Counted from the stretch's first letter, positions 7,396 to 20,045 are shown. The stretch is 37,118 nt of DNA from Pseudomonadota bacterium (GCA_046051725.1 JBJONS010000140.1:1-37118), one strand, 5' to 3'. Translations and numbers: made by a program. The notes: generated by a model not told the origin, from the sequence alone.

Positions 7396-10170
7396 CTATT
7401 CCTCTGGGGGCACCCACTCCTCGGGCATGGGCTTGGCGTCGCCGGCGGGGGCCGGCGCGGGCTCCTCGGGCGGCACCCACTCCTCGGGCATCGGCTGCGC
7501 GGCGCCTGCCGGCGCGGCCCCCTCTTCTGGCGGCACCCACTCCTCGGGCGTGGGCGCGGGCGCGCCGCCCTCTTCAGGGGCGACCGCCGGATCCGCGGCG
7601 GGCAGGGCCTCGGTCGGGGCCAGGGGCTCCTCGACCGGGGGCGGCTTGGGCGCGACGACCGGCGGGCGCTCGCCGAGCAGGCCCAGCGACAGGCCTGGCC
7701 AGACCGTGACCACGGCGAGGCAGAACAACATCAGGATCATGTAGGGGAAGGACGCCTTGATGACCTGCACGATGCTGCGCTTGAACACCGTCGACGCGAC
7801 GAAGAGGTTGATGCCCATCGGCGGGGTCAGGTAGCCGAGCTCGAGGTTGACGATGAAGATGATGCCGAAGTGGACCGGATCGATGCCGTAGCTGGCGGCG
7901 ATCGGCGCGAGCAGCGGCGCCACGATGAGGATCGCCGAGATGATCTCCATCGCGCAGCCGAGCGCGAGCAGGAACAGGTTCACCAGCACCAAGAACTGCC
8001 ACTTGCTCGTGACCACCGACTGCAGCCACGCCGCCGCCTGCTGCGGGATGTAGGCCGCCGCGAGGAACTTGTTGAAGGCGATGGCCAGCACGATGATGAG
8101 GAAAAGGCTGCCCATCATGGTGCCCGACTGGACCAGCACCCGGGGCAGGTCTTTGGGCTTGAGCTCGCGGTGGAAGACCAGCTCGACGATGAGCGCGTAG
8201 ACCACGCTGACCGCGGCGGCCTCGGTCACCGTGAAGCGCAGCGGACCGAGCACGCCGTAGATGCCGCCCAGCACCAGCACCGGCAGCATGAGCGCGAGCG
8301 CGCTCTTGCGCAGCTCGCGCAGCAGGTTGCTGAGGTAGCCGCCCTCGAGCTCAGGGATCAGGATCTGGTTGCCCGGCCGGGTCGGGCGGGTCTGGTAGAG
8401 CGTGTAGACCGCGAGCACCGCGGCGATGAACAGGCCCGGACCCACGCCGGCGACGAACAGGTCGTTGGGCGAAATTTGGGTGGTCGCGTCGCTCACCATG
8501 ATCGCGTAGATGATCATCGGGACCGACGGCGGGATGATGATCCCGAGGCTGCCGGCCGAGGTGAGCAAGCCGATGCTGTAGGGCTCGGGGTAGCGCTCCT
8601 TGACCAACATCGGGAACATGATGCTGCCGACCGCGATGACCGTGACCGGCGACGAGCCGCTGATCGCCGCGAAGATCACGCAGGCCATGACGCTCGCGAG
8701 GCCGAGGCCGCCCGGGGTGCGCCCCATCAGCGCCCGCGCCACGCCGACGAGGCGCTCGGCGATGCTGCCTTGGGTCATCAGGTTGCCGGCCAACACAAAG
8801 AAGGGCAGCGAGAGCAGCTCTTCTTTCTTCAGCGACTCGAACATGTCCTTGGCGACGGTGTAGCCGCTGATCCCCTGGATCAGCACCACCGCGCCGACCG
8901 CCGCGGTGCCGATCGACAAGAACAGCGGGGCGCCGACCAACATCATCAGCACGGCGGCCAGGAACAGCAGCCAGCCCGGCGAGAGGCCGAAGGCGGCGCC
9001 GATGCCCAAGAGCAAGCCCGGGAAAAGGCCAACCAGCAGCAGATCGCGCGTCCCGCGCCCGCTGTCTTCGACCAGCTGGGTCTTGACCGGCTCGGCGTCT
9101 TCCGGGGGAGAGAAGTCGGCGAAGATGGCCCGGCCCAGGAAGCGGGCGGCCATGATGAAGAAGCTGAGCGGCAGGATGGACTGGGTGACCCACAGCGGGA
9201 ACAGCGTGCCACCCGCGCTCGACGCGACCATCGCCGCGATGTCGGGGGCCTTTCCGCCCGGCGGGGTGCCGGTGTCGCCGATGAGGCCCTTGAGCTGCTC
9301 AAAAGAGGCCTGCTTCGACGCGACCTGCTCGGCCATCGTCTGCAGCGGCGCCCAGACAAAGGGGGTCCCGTCGAGGTTCTGGGCGTCCCACACCGCCGCG
9401 GCCACGCCGAGCCCAAAAAGGCCCAAGCCAAGGGCGCCGAGCCCCTCGAGGACCAGCCGGGTCGCCACGGCCGGGCGCGCGCCGCCGAGGTGCAGCTGCG
9501 CGAGCACGGCCACGCAGGCCAGCGCGACGACGCCGCCGAGGCCCATCACCGCCGAGGCCGGCAGCAGATCGCCGTGCACGACCGCGCCGACGAAGTTGAT
9601 CGGGGCGACGAGCAGGTCCCACAGCGGCAGGCCCTCTTGCCCGGCCGCCGAGACCAGCGCCTCGTCGACCAGCTCGACCGCGTAGGTGGTGAAGTTCCAA
9701 CAGAAGGCGGCGGCGAGCAGGGCCGCGAAGCGCTTGCTCAAGCGCGCGGCCCGCGGAGAGAGCAGCTTGTCGGCCGCGTCGACCGACAGGTGCCCCCCTT
9801 CCCGCGTGGCGAGCGAGGCGCCCAAAAAGCCGACCCACACCATCAAGGCGACCGACATGTTCGCCGCGCCGTCGATGGTGGGAGCGACGTCGGGGAGCTC
9901 ACGGCTCAGGTAGTTCATGAAGGACAAGAAGGTCATGGCCAACATGGCCACGACGATGAGCGCCTGCTCGATGCGCGCGAGCTGGCGGTCCACCCCCAGG
10001 GCGACGCCCCGCAACAGCACCCAGGCGCCGGTCAGCGCCAGGATCAAGCCGAAGAGCAGGCTCTGGATGGGGCCGTCCCACAGGGACCGAAGCGCGCCGC
10101 GCACGCTGCGATCCACCGCGGAGATCAGCCGCTCGATTCCGTCAAAAACACCGAGGAGGAGCTTGTACAC
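7396..10170 (-). CDS. TRAP transporter fused permease (DctQ-like plus DctM-like modules) with a repeat-bearing acidic C-terminal tail
   Basis: 924-aa polytopic protein. It has an N-terminal small-permease-like 4-helix module and a long DctM-like body (LPFFVLAGNLM, IIPPSVPMIIY, GYLTPPMGINLF). It sits immediately downstream of the DctP gene (6-nt gap). Confidence 0.85.
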   Translation of the reverse strand: MYKLLLGVFDGIERLISAVDRSVRGALRSLWDGPIQSLLFGLILALTGAWVLLRGVALGVDRQLARIEQALIVVAMLAMTFLSFMNYLSRELPDVAPTIDGAANMSVALMVWVGFLGASLATREGGHLSVDAADKLLSPRAARLSKRFAALLAAAFCWNFTTYAVELVDEALVSAAGQEGLPLWDLLVAPINFVGAVVHGDLLPASAVMGLGGVVALACVAVLAQLHLGGARPAVATRLVLEGLGALGLGLFGLGVAAAVWDAQNLDGTPFVWAPLQTMAEQVASKQASFEQLKGLIGDTGTPPGGKAPDIAAMVASSAGGTLFPLWVTQSILPLSFFIMAARFLGRAIFADFSPPEDAEPVKTQLVEDSGRGTRDLLLVGLFPGLLLGIGAAFGLSPGWLLFLAAVLMMLVGAPLFLSIGTAAVGAVVLIQGISGYTVAKDMFESLKKEELLSLPFFVLAGNLMTQGSIAERLVGVARALMGRTPGGLGLASVMACVIFAAISGSSPVTVIAVGSIMFPMLVKERYPEPYSIGLLTSAGSLGIIIPPSVPMIIYAIMVSDATTQISPNDLFVAGVGPGLFIAAVLAVYTLYQTRPTRPGNQILIPELEGGYLSNLLRELRKSALALMLPVLVLGGIYGVLGPLRFTVTEAAAVSVVYALIVELVFHRELKPKDLPRVLVQSGTMMGSLFLIIVLAIAFNKFLAAAYIPQQAAAWLQSVVTSKWQFLVLVNLFLLALGCAMEIISAILIVAPLLAPIAASYGIDPVHFGIIFIVNLELGYLTPPMGINLFVASTVFKRSIVQVIKASFPYMILMLFCLAVVTVWPGLSLGLLGERPPVVAPKPPPVEEPLAPTEALPAADPAVAPEEGGAPAPTPEEWVPPEEGAAPAGAAQPMPEEWVPPEEPAPAPAGDAKPMPEEWVPPEE
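7399..7548 (-). repeat. Three in-frame copies of a 27-nt unit encoding PEEWVPPEE, spaced 63 and 60 nt apart, at the 3' end of the TRAP permease gene
   Basis: The core GGCACCCACTCCTCGGGC recurs at 7409-7426, 7472-7489 and 7532-7549. Peptide units map to 7399-7425, 7462-7488 and 7522-7548. Confidence 0.85.
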
Positions 10171-10176
10171 GTCGAC

Positions 10177-11202
10177 CTACTTCATCGCGTCGAGCTTGGC
10201 CTTGACCTGGCCATAGACCGGCTGCAGCTCGGGGTGCGAGCCCAGGAACTTGGTCAAGGTGGACTGCTTGCAGGCCTGGCGGAAGGCCTTGCGCTCTTCT
10301 TCGGTGAGCTCGACCACCTGCTTGCCCTGCGACTTCATGGTCTCGAGCAGCTCGCCTTCGAGCTTGCGCACCCCGGCGCGGCCCCGCACGCTCTCGGCCT
10401 TGGCGTCCTTGAGCAGGATGGCCTGCAGGTCGGGCGGCATCTTGTCCACGTAGGACTTGGTGTAGACGACCGCGGCCGGCTGGTAGATGTGGCGGCTCAG
10501 CGTGTAGAACTTGACCGGCTCCATCCAACCCGCGGCCATCGAGAACAGCGGGGTGTTGTCAAAGCCATCGACGATGCCCGTGTTCAGCGCAGGCAGCACC
10601 TCAGAGATGGGCTTGGTGACCGCCTTGACGCCCAGCGCGCTGTACATGTCCATGTGGGTCGCCGACTCTTGGGCGCGCATTTTGAGCTTGGCGAGCTCGG
10701 CCGGGCTGCGGATCGGGCCGGTCTTGGTCGCGAAGTTCCGCCAGCCGTTCTCGGCCCAGGCATAGAGCTTGATGTTCTTGGTCGCCAGCGCCTTGCTCAC
10801 CGGCTCGTACAGCACGTCGTCGAGCACGGCGTCGGCCTGGGCGGTGTTCTTGAACAGGTAGGGCAGCTCGGGCAGCTCGAGCAGCGGCAGCTTGAGGGCG
10901 GTGCCCATCGCGCCGGTCGAGAAGCCGCCGCCCTGCAGGCGCTCGCCGCGGGCGGTGTCTTGGGCCATCTCGATCTCGCTGCCGAGGGAGCTGCCGAGGA
11001 AGAGCTTGATCTTGACCCGCTGGGCCGACTCGGTCTCGATCCGCTTCTTGATCGACGCGAGCTGGGTCGACCAGGGCGTACCCGCCGGCGCGGCGGTGCC
11101 GAAGTTCATCACAAAGGTCGCCTCGGCCTGAGAGCTGGAGATCGGCGCGAGCGAGAGGGCGGCGACCAGCGCGGCGGCGAGGCCGATGAGCTTGTTCTTC
11201 AT
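10177..11202 (-). CDS. dctP: TRAP transporter substrate-binding protein (DctP family)
   Basis: Signal peptide MKNKLIGLAAALVAALSLAPISSSQA, DctP-like body, and a GAGGAG Shine-Dalgarno sequence upstream of the ATG. Confidence 0.85.
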   Translation of the reverse strand: MKNKLIGLAAALVAALSLAPISSSQAEATFVMNFGTAAPAGTPWSTQLASIKKRIETESAQRVKIKLFLGSSLGSEIEMAQDTARGERLQGGGFSTGAMGTALKLPLLELPELPYLFKNTAQADAVLDDVLYEPVSKALATKNIKLYAWAENGWRNFATKTGPIRSPAELAKLKMRAQESATHMDMYSALGVKAVTKPISEVLPALNTGIVDGFDNTPLFSMAAGWMEPVKFYTLSRHIYQPAAVVYTKSYVDKMPPDLQAILLKDAKAESVRGRAGVRKLEGELLETMKSQGKQVVELTEEERKAFRQACKQSTLTKFLGSHPELQPVYGQVKAKLDAMK

Positions 11203-11302
11203 CAGGGGGACTCCTCAGCAAGAGGGAGCGGTGGGGGCGCCCGGTGGGGCAGCGCGGGGACCCCGCAGCGGCGCAGGATCAGCCCTCGGCGACGCTGCAG
11301 GG

Positions 11303-14127
<2,825 letters not shown>

Positions 14128-14238
14128 GGCCGGCAGCGGCGGAGCTGCAGAGCAGCGGGGCGCCGGGCAGGAGAGGCCCGCCCCGCCGCCCGCGGGCGCG
14201 ACCAGCCGCGCGCCGGCGTGCATGCCTTCGCTTCGCGA

Positions 14239-14279
14239 CCAAAAACAAAGAACGCCCAAGGTAACCCCTGGGCGTTCTT
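14239..14279 (-). terminator. Intrinsic terminator downstream of tRNA-Leu, possibly bidirectional with guaB
   Basis: Perfect 11-bp stem AAGAACGCCCA (14248-14258) / TGGGCGTTCTT (14269-14279). On the minus strand it is followed by the U-rich run TTTGTTTTTGG. Confidence 0.6.
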
Positions 14280-14286
14280 GCAAGAG

Positions 14287-14368
14287 TGCGCGAAGGGGGA
14301 CTCGAACCCCCACGAGTTGCCTCACTAGGCCCTCAACCTAGCGCGTCTACCAATTCCGCCATTCGCGC
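14287..14368 (-). tRNA. tRNA-Leu (anticodon GAG)
   Basis: Manual fold: 7-bp acceptor GCGCGAA/TTCGCGC, 3-bp D stem, anticodon stem CTAGG/CCTAG with loop TTGAGGG, long variable arm, T arm GGGGG-TTCGAGT-CCCCC. CCA is not encoded. Confidence 0.9.
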
Positions 14369-14644
14369 GCGGCACACCCGACATGTATGCTGTTGCGTCT
14401 CTGGCGTCCAGGGCCGGCGCGCATGTTTTTGGGTCCCAGCCGTGAACTCCCCTTCTTCATGGCCTTTCGCCACGGCCCCCCGCACACGGGGCCCGGACGC
14501 GCGGACGCAGCTGCTCCGGCCGGGGCGGCGGAGACGCCAGAGACGCCAAACACGACGGAGGCGCCAGACACGGCGCCCCAGAGCGGAGCGGGGTCATGCG
14601 CCCGCGGGGGCGTGGCCTCACCCCGAAGGGAGGCAGCCCCACGC

Positions 14645-14673
14645 GAAAACGCGGACCCCGGCAGGGGGCCCGC
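14645..14673 (-). terminator. Candidate secG terminator hairpin
   Basis: The minus strand reads GCGGGCCCC-CTGCC-GGGGTCCGC (9-bp stem with one mismatch) followed by GTTTTC, about 30 nt after the secG stop. Confidence 0.4.
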
Positions 14674-14700
14674 GCACAGATCAACGTCGGCGACGTCGCT

Positions 14701-15213
14701 TTAGGGGGTCGGGGGCGTGGATGGCGCGGGCGCAGCGCCGCTTGCGGCGGGCGCAGGCGCGCCTGGCGCAGGGGCGGCGGCATCGGGCGCCGGAGCCCCG
14801 GTGGAGGCGGGCGCTCCCGCAGCGGCAGGGGCCGCCGGCTCGGCGACCGGCGCGGCGGCATCGGGGGTGACCGGCGCCGGCGCGACCGGGGCCGCCTCTG
14901 CGGGGGCGGTCGCCGAGGGCGCGACCGCTGCGGCCTGCTCTTCTTGAAGGCGCTTCAGCGCGTCGTTCACGTCGCTGCCCGACTGCATGCGGTCGGTGCT
15001 GTACCAGGCCAGCCCGATGCTCGTGACCATGAACATGGCCGCGACCACCGAGGTGCCCTTGGTGAGCAGGTTGCCCTGGCCCCGCGGCGCGTACATCTGG
15101 TTGCCGCCGCCGCCGCCGAGCACGGACGCGCCCTCTTTGCCCGGCTGCAGCAGGATGATGCCCACCAGCGCGAAGCAGAGCATCACGTGCAGGATGGTGA
15201 TGAAGAACTGCAT
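14701..15213 (-). CDS. secG: Preprotein translocase subunit SecG with a long Ala/Pro-rich C-terminal extension
   Basis: MQFFITILHVMLCFALVGIILLQPGKEG...GGGG...LTKGTSVVAAMFMVTSIGLAWY matches the SecG two-helix core. It follows tpiA by 8 nt. The ORF-track start at 15624 overlaps tpiA and is rejected. Confidence 0.85.
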   Translation of the reverse strand: MQFFITILHVMLCFALVGIILLQPGKEGASVLGGGGGNQMYAPRGQGNLLTKGTSVVAAMFMVTSIGLAWYSTDRMQSGSDVNDALKRLQEEQAAAVAPSATAPAEAAPVAPAPVTPDAAAPVAEPAAPAAAGAPASTGAPAPDAAAPAPGAPAPAASGAAPAPSTPPTP

Positions 15214-15221
15214 GGGGTCCT

Positions 15222-16001
15222 CTAGGGGGCGGTCGCGGGGCGGCCACCGGCGGCCCGGATGATGGCGAAGAAGTCGTCGGCGTCGAGGCTCGCGCCGCCG
15301 ACCAGCGCGCCGTCGATGTCGGGCTGGCTGAGCAGCGCGGCGGCGTTGGCGGGCTTGACGCTGCCGCCGTATTGGATCCGCAGGCTGGCGCCCACAAAGG
15401 CCGGGTACTGGGCGCCGAGCCACCCGCGGATGGTCGCGTGCAGCTCTTGGGCCTGGGCGGGGCTGGCCGAGCGGCCGGTGCCGATGGCCCAGACCGGCTC
15501 GTAGGCGATGGTCAGGCTCGGCAGCTGATCGGCGGGCACGCCGCGCAGCCCGGCCTCGAGCTGGCGGGTGACCACGGCGCGCTCTTGCCCGGCGTCGCGC
15601 TCGGCCAGGGTCTCGCCGACGCACAGGATGGGCAGCAGGCCCGCGCGCAGGGCCGCGAGGACCTTCTGGTTCACCAGCGCGTCATCTTCGCCAAAGAGGC
15701 TGCGGCGCTCGCTGTGGCCGACGATGACGTAGGCACAGCCCGCCTGCTTGAGCATCTCGCCGCTGACCGCGCCGGTGAAGGCGCCCTCGGCGGCGGGGTG
15801 CAGGTCTTGCGCGGCGAGGTGCACGCCGCTGTGCTTGAGGCGCGCCCCGACCGCGGCCAGCGAGACGAAGGGCGGCGCGACGGCGACGTCGACCGCGCCC
15901 ACGTCGACCAGCGCGCGGCGCAGCGCCATGGCCAAGGTGTCGGCCTCGGCCGGCCCCTTGTACATCTTCCAGTTGCCCGCGATGAAGGGGCGCCTCGCCA
16001 T
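15222..16001 (-). CDS. tpiA: Triosephosphate isomerase
   Basis: RRPFIAGNWKMY N-terminus, VIVGHSERR, AYEPVWAIGTG, YGGSV. Confidence 0.95.
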   Translation of the reverse strand: MARRPFIAGNWKMYKGPAEADTLAMALRRALVDVGAVDVAVAPPFVSLAAVGARLKHSGVHLAAQDLHPAAEGAFTGAVSGEMLKQAGCAYVIVGHSERRSLFGEDDALVNQKVLAALRAGLLPILCVGETLAERDAGQERAVVTRQLEAGLRGVPADQLPSLTIAYEPVWAIGTGRSASPAQAQELHATIRGWLGAQYPAFVGASLRIQYGGSVKPANAAALLSQPDIDGALVGGASLDADDFFAIIRAAGGRPATAP

Positions 16002-16032
16002 GGGGACCTCCAGAGGGCCGAAGCCCCCGTGC

Positions 16033-17220
16033 TCAGCGCTTGTTGCGCAGCGCCTTGAGGCCCGGCAGGTCGCCGTCCTCGATGTACTCGATCGAGGCGC
16101 CGCCGCCGGTGCTCACGTGGTCGACCTCGGCCGCGACGCCCATCTGGGTGACCGCCGCCGCGCTGTCGCCGCCGCCGACGACGGTGTAGCCCGGAGCCTT
16201 GGCCACCGCCTGGGCGACCGCGAGCGTGCCCGCGGCGAAGGGCGCGACCTCAAAGACGCCCATCGGGCCGTTCCAAAACACCGTCTGGGCGCCCGCAATG
16301 ACCTCGGCGTACTTCGCGGCGGTCACCGGACCGATGTCGAGGCCCATCAGGCCATCGGGGATGGCGGTCACCACCTGGACCTCGGCGTCGGCGCTCAGCG
16401 TGGCGGCCACGACGTGGTCCTCGGGCAGCAGCACCTGGGTGCCCCGCTCGGCGCAGCGCTCGAGGATGCGCTTGGCGAGCAGGCGCTTGTCCTCTTCGAC
16501 CCGGCTCGCGCCGACCGGCTTGTCGAGCGCGCGCAGGAAGGTGTAGGCCATCGCGCCGCCGATGAGCAGCGTGTCGCAGCGCCGGGCGAGGCTCTCGAGC
16601 ACGGCGATCTTGTCCGAGACCTTGGCCCCGCCGAGCACGGCGACCACCGGCCGCTTCGGGCTGTCGAGCACGCGCCCGAGGGCCTCGAGCTCTCTCTCGA
16701 CCAGCAGGCCGCAGGCGACCCGCTCCATCAGCGGCACGATCGCGTCGATGCTGGCGTCCTTGCGGTGCATGCAGCCGAACGCATCGTTGACGTAGACCCG
16801 CGCGAGCCGGGCGAGGCTGGCCGCAAAACCGGCGTCGTTGGTCTGCTCACCGGGGTCAAAGCGCAGGTTCTCGAGCAGCATCACGCCGCCCGCCGGCAGG
16901 TCGCGGGCGAGCTGCTCGACGCCGTCGCCGGTCAGCTCGGGCGAGAAGATGACCTCGCCTTCGAGCAGGGTGGCGAGGCGCTCGCCGGCGCCGACCAGCG
17001 AGAACTTCTCGACGCGCTGCCCGTCGGGCCGGCCGAGGTGGCTGCAGAGGATGACCTTGCAGCGGCGGCCGGTCAGGTAGCGGATGGTCGGCAGGGCCGC
17101 GCGGATGCGGGTGTCGTCGGTGACGTTGCCCTGCTTGTCGAGGGGGACGTTGAAGTCGACGCGCAGCAGGACGGCTTCGCCGGAGAGCTCGAGGCCGGCG
17201 AGGGTGGGGACGCTGATCAC
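16033..17220 (-). CDS. pgk: Phosphoglycerate kinase
   Basis: [10 protein letters not shown] near the N-terminus, GGAKVSDKI, and [10 protein letters not shown]...STGGGAS at the C-terminus. The GTG start at 17220 overlaps the gap stop (GTGA). Confidence 0.95.
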   Translation of the reverse strand: MISVPTLAGLELSGEAVLLRVDFNVPLDKQGNVTDDTRIRAALPTIRYLTGRRCKVILCSHLGRPDGQRVEKFSLVGAGERLATLLEGEVIFSPELTGDGVEQLARDLPAGGVMLLENLRFDPGEQTNDAGFAASLARLARVYVNDAFGCMHRKDASIDAIVPLMERVACGLLVERELEALGRVLDSPKRPVVAVLGGAKVSDKIAVLESLARRCDTLLIGGAMAYTFLRALDKPVGASRVEEDKRLLAKRILERCAERGTQVLLPEDHVVAATLSADAEVQVVTAIPDGLMGLDIGPVTAAKYAEVIAGAQTVFWNGPMGVFEVAPFAAGTLAVAQAVAKAPGYTVVGGGDSAAAVTQMGVAAEVDHVSTGGGASIEYIEDGDLPGLKALRNKR

Positions 17221-18224
17221 GCGACCTCCATCCCGCCGAGGCGGATTGCAAGGTCGATCATGCGGTTCGAGAACCCCCACTCGTTGTCGTACCAGGCCAG
17301 CACCTTGCCGGTGTGGCTGCCCATCGCCTGGGTCAGGGCCAGGTCGACGGTCGAGCTGTGGGCGTCGCCGATGAGGTCCGAGCTGACCAAGGGCAGGTCG
17401 CTGGCGGCGAGGATGCCCTTCATCGGGCCGTTCGCCGCGGCGATCAGCGCGTCGTTGATGGCCGCCACGCTGAGCGGACGCGTCGACTGGAAGACCAGGT
17501 CGACCAGCGAGACGTTGGCGGTCGGCACGCGGATGGCGAGGCCGTTGAGCTTGCCGTTGAGCTGCGGCAGCACCAGCCCGACCGCCGAGGCGGCGCCCGT
17601 CGAGGTCGGCACCATGTTGACCGCCGCGGCGCGGGACCGGCGCATGTCGTCGTGCGGCGCGTCCAGCAGGCGCTGATCCATCGTGTAGCTGTGGATGGTG
17701 GTCATCAGGCCGCTCTCGATGCCGAAGGCGTCGTCGAGCACCTTGGCGAAGGGCGCGAGGCAGTTGGTGGTGCAGCTCGCGTTCGAGACCACCCGGTGCT
17801 CGGGCCGCAGGCCGGCGTCGTTGACGCCCATCACCACGGTGTAGTCCTCGTCCTTGGCCGGGGCGCTGATGATGACCCGCTTGGCGCCGGCGTGGAGGTG
17901 CACGGCGGCCTGGCTGCGCTTGCGGAAGATGCCGGTGCACTCCATCACCACGTCGACCCCCTCAGCCGCCCAGGGCAGCTTGCTCGGGTCCTTCTCGGCG
18001 GTGACCGGGATGAGGCGCCCGCCGACCGAGATGCCGCCGTCGACCGCCTTGACCTCGGGCGCGAAGCGGCCGTGGACCGAGTCGAACTTGAGCAGGTGGG
18101 CCAGCATGTCGGGGCTGGTCAGGTCGTTGATGTGCACGAACTCGATCTCGGGGTTGCCCCAAGCCGCACGAAGCACGCAGCGGCCGATGCGGCCGAAACC
18201 ATTGAGAGCGACGCGAACGGCCAT
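17217..18224 (-). CDS. gap: Glyceraldehyde-3-phosphate dehydrogenase
   Basis: [15 protein letters not shown], catalytic [13 protein letters not shown]-terminal [11 protein letters not shown]. The ATG at 18224 is preferred over the ORF-track start at 18278. Confidence 0.95.
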   Translation of the reverse strand: MAVRVALNGFGRIGRCVLRAAWGNPEIEFVHINDLTSPDMLAHLLKFDSVHGRFAPEVKAVDGGISVGGRLIPVTAEKDPSKLPWAAEGVDVVMECTGIFRKRSQAAVHLHAGAKRVIISAPAKDEDYTVVMGVNDAGLRPEHRVVSNASCTTNCLAPFAKVLDDAFGIESGLMTTIHSYTMDQRLLDAPHDDMRRSRAAAVNMVPTSTGAASAVGLVLPQLNGKLNGLAIRVPTANVSLVDLVFQSTRPLSVAAINDALIAAANGPMKGILAASDLPLVSSDLIGDAHSSTVDLALTQAMGSHTGKVLAWYDNEWGFSNRMIDLAIRLGGMEVA

Positions 18225-18370
18225 CTTTTCACCTCGAGGTCGTGGAGGGTCGGCGCGCAGGGCGCGCGGGGCCCACAAAAGCGGGCGCGGCCTAACCCCG
18301 ACGCGCCCCCGCCGCCCCTCCTGGCGGGCGACGCGCCGACAACCGAGGAGGCGCGGGATAGCGGCCGCCC

Positions 18371-20032
18371 ATGTCGCTGCTCGTCGCCAACATCCCCTGG
18401 CCCGGCCCCGCGGGGGACCCCGCCCCCGCCATCCGGGCCCGCCTTCAGCTCCCGCCAGGCGCGGCGCTGCACCACGAGCTGGTGAAGCGCTCGGTGGACG
18501 GCCGCCGCCGGCCGCCGCAGTGGCTCGCGAACTACCGCGTCGAGCTCGAAGCGACCGCGCTCGAAGACCAGATCTTGCGCGCGCCGCCCCACGGCGTGCG
18601 CGCCTACAACGACCGCGACCATCAGCGTTTTGACCGCGAAGATCAGCCGGCCGACGCCGGCGCGAGCCCCGCGCGCTGGCCCGCCGGCCTGCGCCCCTTG
18701 GTCGTCGGCGCCGGCCCCGCCGGGCTGTTCGCCGCGCTGCGCTTCGGCGAAGCGGGCGCCCCCGCGGTGCTGCTCGAGCGCGGCGGCCCGGTCGAAGAGC
18801 GCCACCACGCCGTCCGCAAGTTCTGGCGCCACGCCGAGCTCGATCTCGACACCAACGTCGTCTTCGGTGAGGGCGGCGCGGGCGCCTTCTCGGACGGAAA
18901 GATCTACACCCGCCGGCGCGACGGCGAGCTGGGGTGGATCTTCCGGCGCCTCGTCGACTTTGGCGCCGACCCCGAGATCCTCGAAGAAGGCTGGGCCCAC
19001 CTCGGCACCGACCGCATCCGGGCCATCCTGCCCCGCATGCGGGCGCGGATCATCGAGCTGGGCGTCGAGGTGCGCTTCCACGCGGCCGTCGAGGGCCTGC
19101 TGGTCGAGGGCGGGCGCTGCGTGGGCCTGCGCCTCACCGGCGGCGAAGAGCTGCGGGGCGGCCCGGTCATCATGGCGACCGGCCACAGCGCGCGGGACGT
19201 CTGGGCGGCGATGCTCGAGGCGGGCGCGGCGGCCGAGCAGCGGCCCATCCACATCGGGGCGCGCATCGAGCACCCGCAGCAGATCATCGATCAGGCGCGC
19301 TACGGCACCGCGCGGGGTGAGCTGCCCCCGGCGTCGTACCGCCTGACCTCGCACCCGCGCGCGGGGCGCGGCGAAGAGCCGGCCCGCGCGGCCCACACCT
19401 TCTGCATGTGCCCCGGCGGCACGGTGGTCGGCGCCACCAACGAGCCAGGCCGCGTCGTGGTCAACGGCATGAGCTACAGCAAGCGCCAGGCGTGGTGGGC
19501 CAACAGCGCGGTGATCGTCGAGGTCCGGCCCGAGGACTACCCGGGCACCGACCCGCTGGCCGGGGCCCGCTACCAGGACGCCATCGAGCAGCGCGCGTTC
19601 GCGGCCGGCGGCGGCGGGTTCCGCGCGCCGGGGCAGCGGGTGGCCGACCTGCTCGCCGGCAAGGCCAGCGCCGAGCTCCCACGCACCTCGTACACGCTCG
19701 GCGTGACCCCGACCGACCTGCGCGAGGTGCTGCCGCCGCCCTTGGTCGCCGGACTGGTGGCGGCCATCCGCCACTTCGACCGGCAGATCCCCGGCTTCGC
19801 GGGAGAGGAGGGCGTGCTCATCGCGCCCGAGACCCGCACCACCGCCCCGCTGCGCTTCGCGCGGGGCGAGGACCTGGAGTCCCCCACCCTGCCCGGGCTG
19901 ATGCCGGTCGGGGAGGGTGCGGGCTACGCCGGGGGCATCGTGAGCGCGGCGCTGGACGGTGATCGCGCCGCGCGCTCGGTCATCGAGCGGGCCAGCGCGC
20001 TCGCCGCGCGAGACCGGGCCCCGACCGCGTGA
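18371..20032 (+). CDS. FAD-dependent oxidoreductase (COG2509-like uncharacterised flavoprotein)
   Basis: Dinucleotide-binding motif LVVGAGPAGLFAAL after a ~100-aa N-terminal domain, then a GGAGAFSDGK segment and C-terminal GEGAGYAGGI. Confidence 0.75.
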   Translation: MSLLVANIPWPGPAGDPAPAIRARLQLPPGAALHHELVKRSVDGRRRPPQWLANYRVELEATALEDQILRAPPHGVRAYNDRDHQRFDREDQPADAGASPARWPAGLRPLVVGAGPAGLFAALRFGEAGAPAVLLERGGPVEERHHAVRKFWRHAELDLDTNVVFGEGGAGAFSDGKIYTRRRDGELGWIFRRLVDFGADPEILEEGWAHLGTDRIRAILPRMRARIIELGVEVRFHAAVEGLLVEGGRCVGLRLTGGEELRGGPVIMATGHSARDVWAAMLEAGAAAEQRPIHIGARIEHPQQIIDQARYGTARGELPPASYRLTSHPRAGRGEEPARAAHTFCMCPGGTVVGATNEPGRVVVNGMSYSKRQAWWANSAVIVEVRPEDYPGTDPLAGARYQDAIEQRAFAAGGGGFRAPGQRVADLLAGKASAELPRTSYTLGVTPTDLREVLPPPLVAGLVAAIRHFDRQIPGFAGEEGVLIAPETRTTAPLRFARGEDLESPTLPGLMPVGEGAGYAGGIVSAALDGDRAARSVIERASALAARDRAPTA

Positions 20033-20045
20033 CCGCCCGGTCCGC

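Noticed and set aside
14286-14870. 194-aa plus-strand ORF across the tRNA-Leu region
   Set aside because: It overlaps a well-folding tRNA gene and the secG 3' end, and its product is Arg-rich junk.
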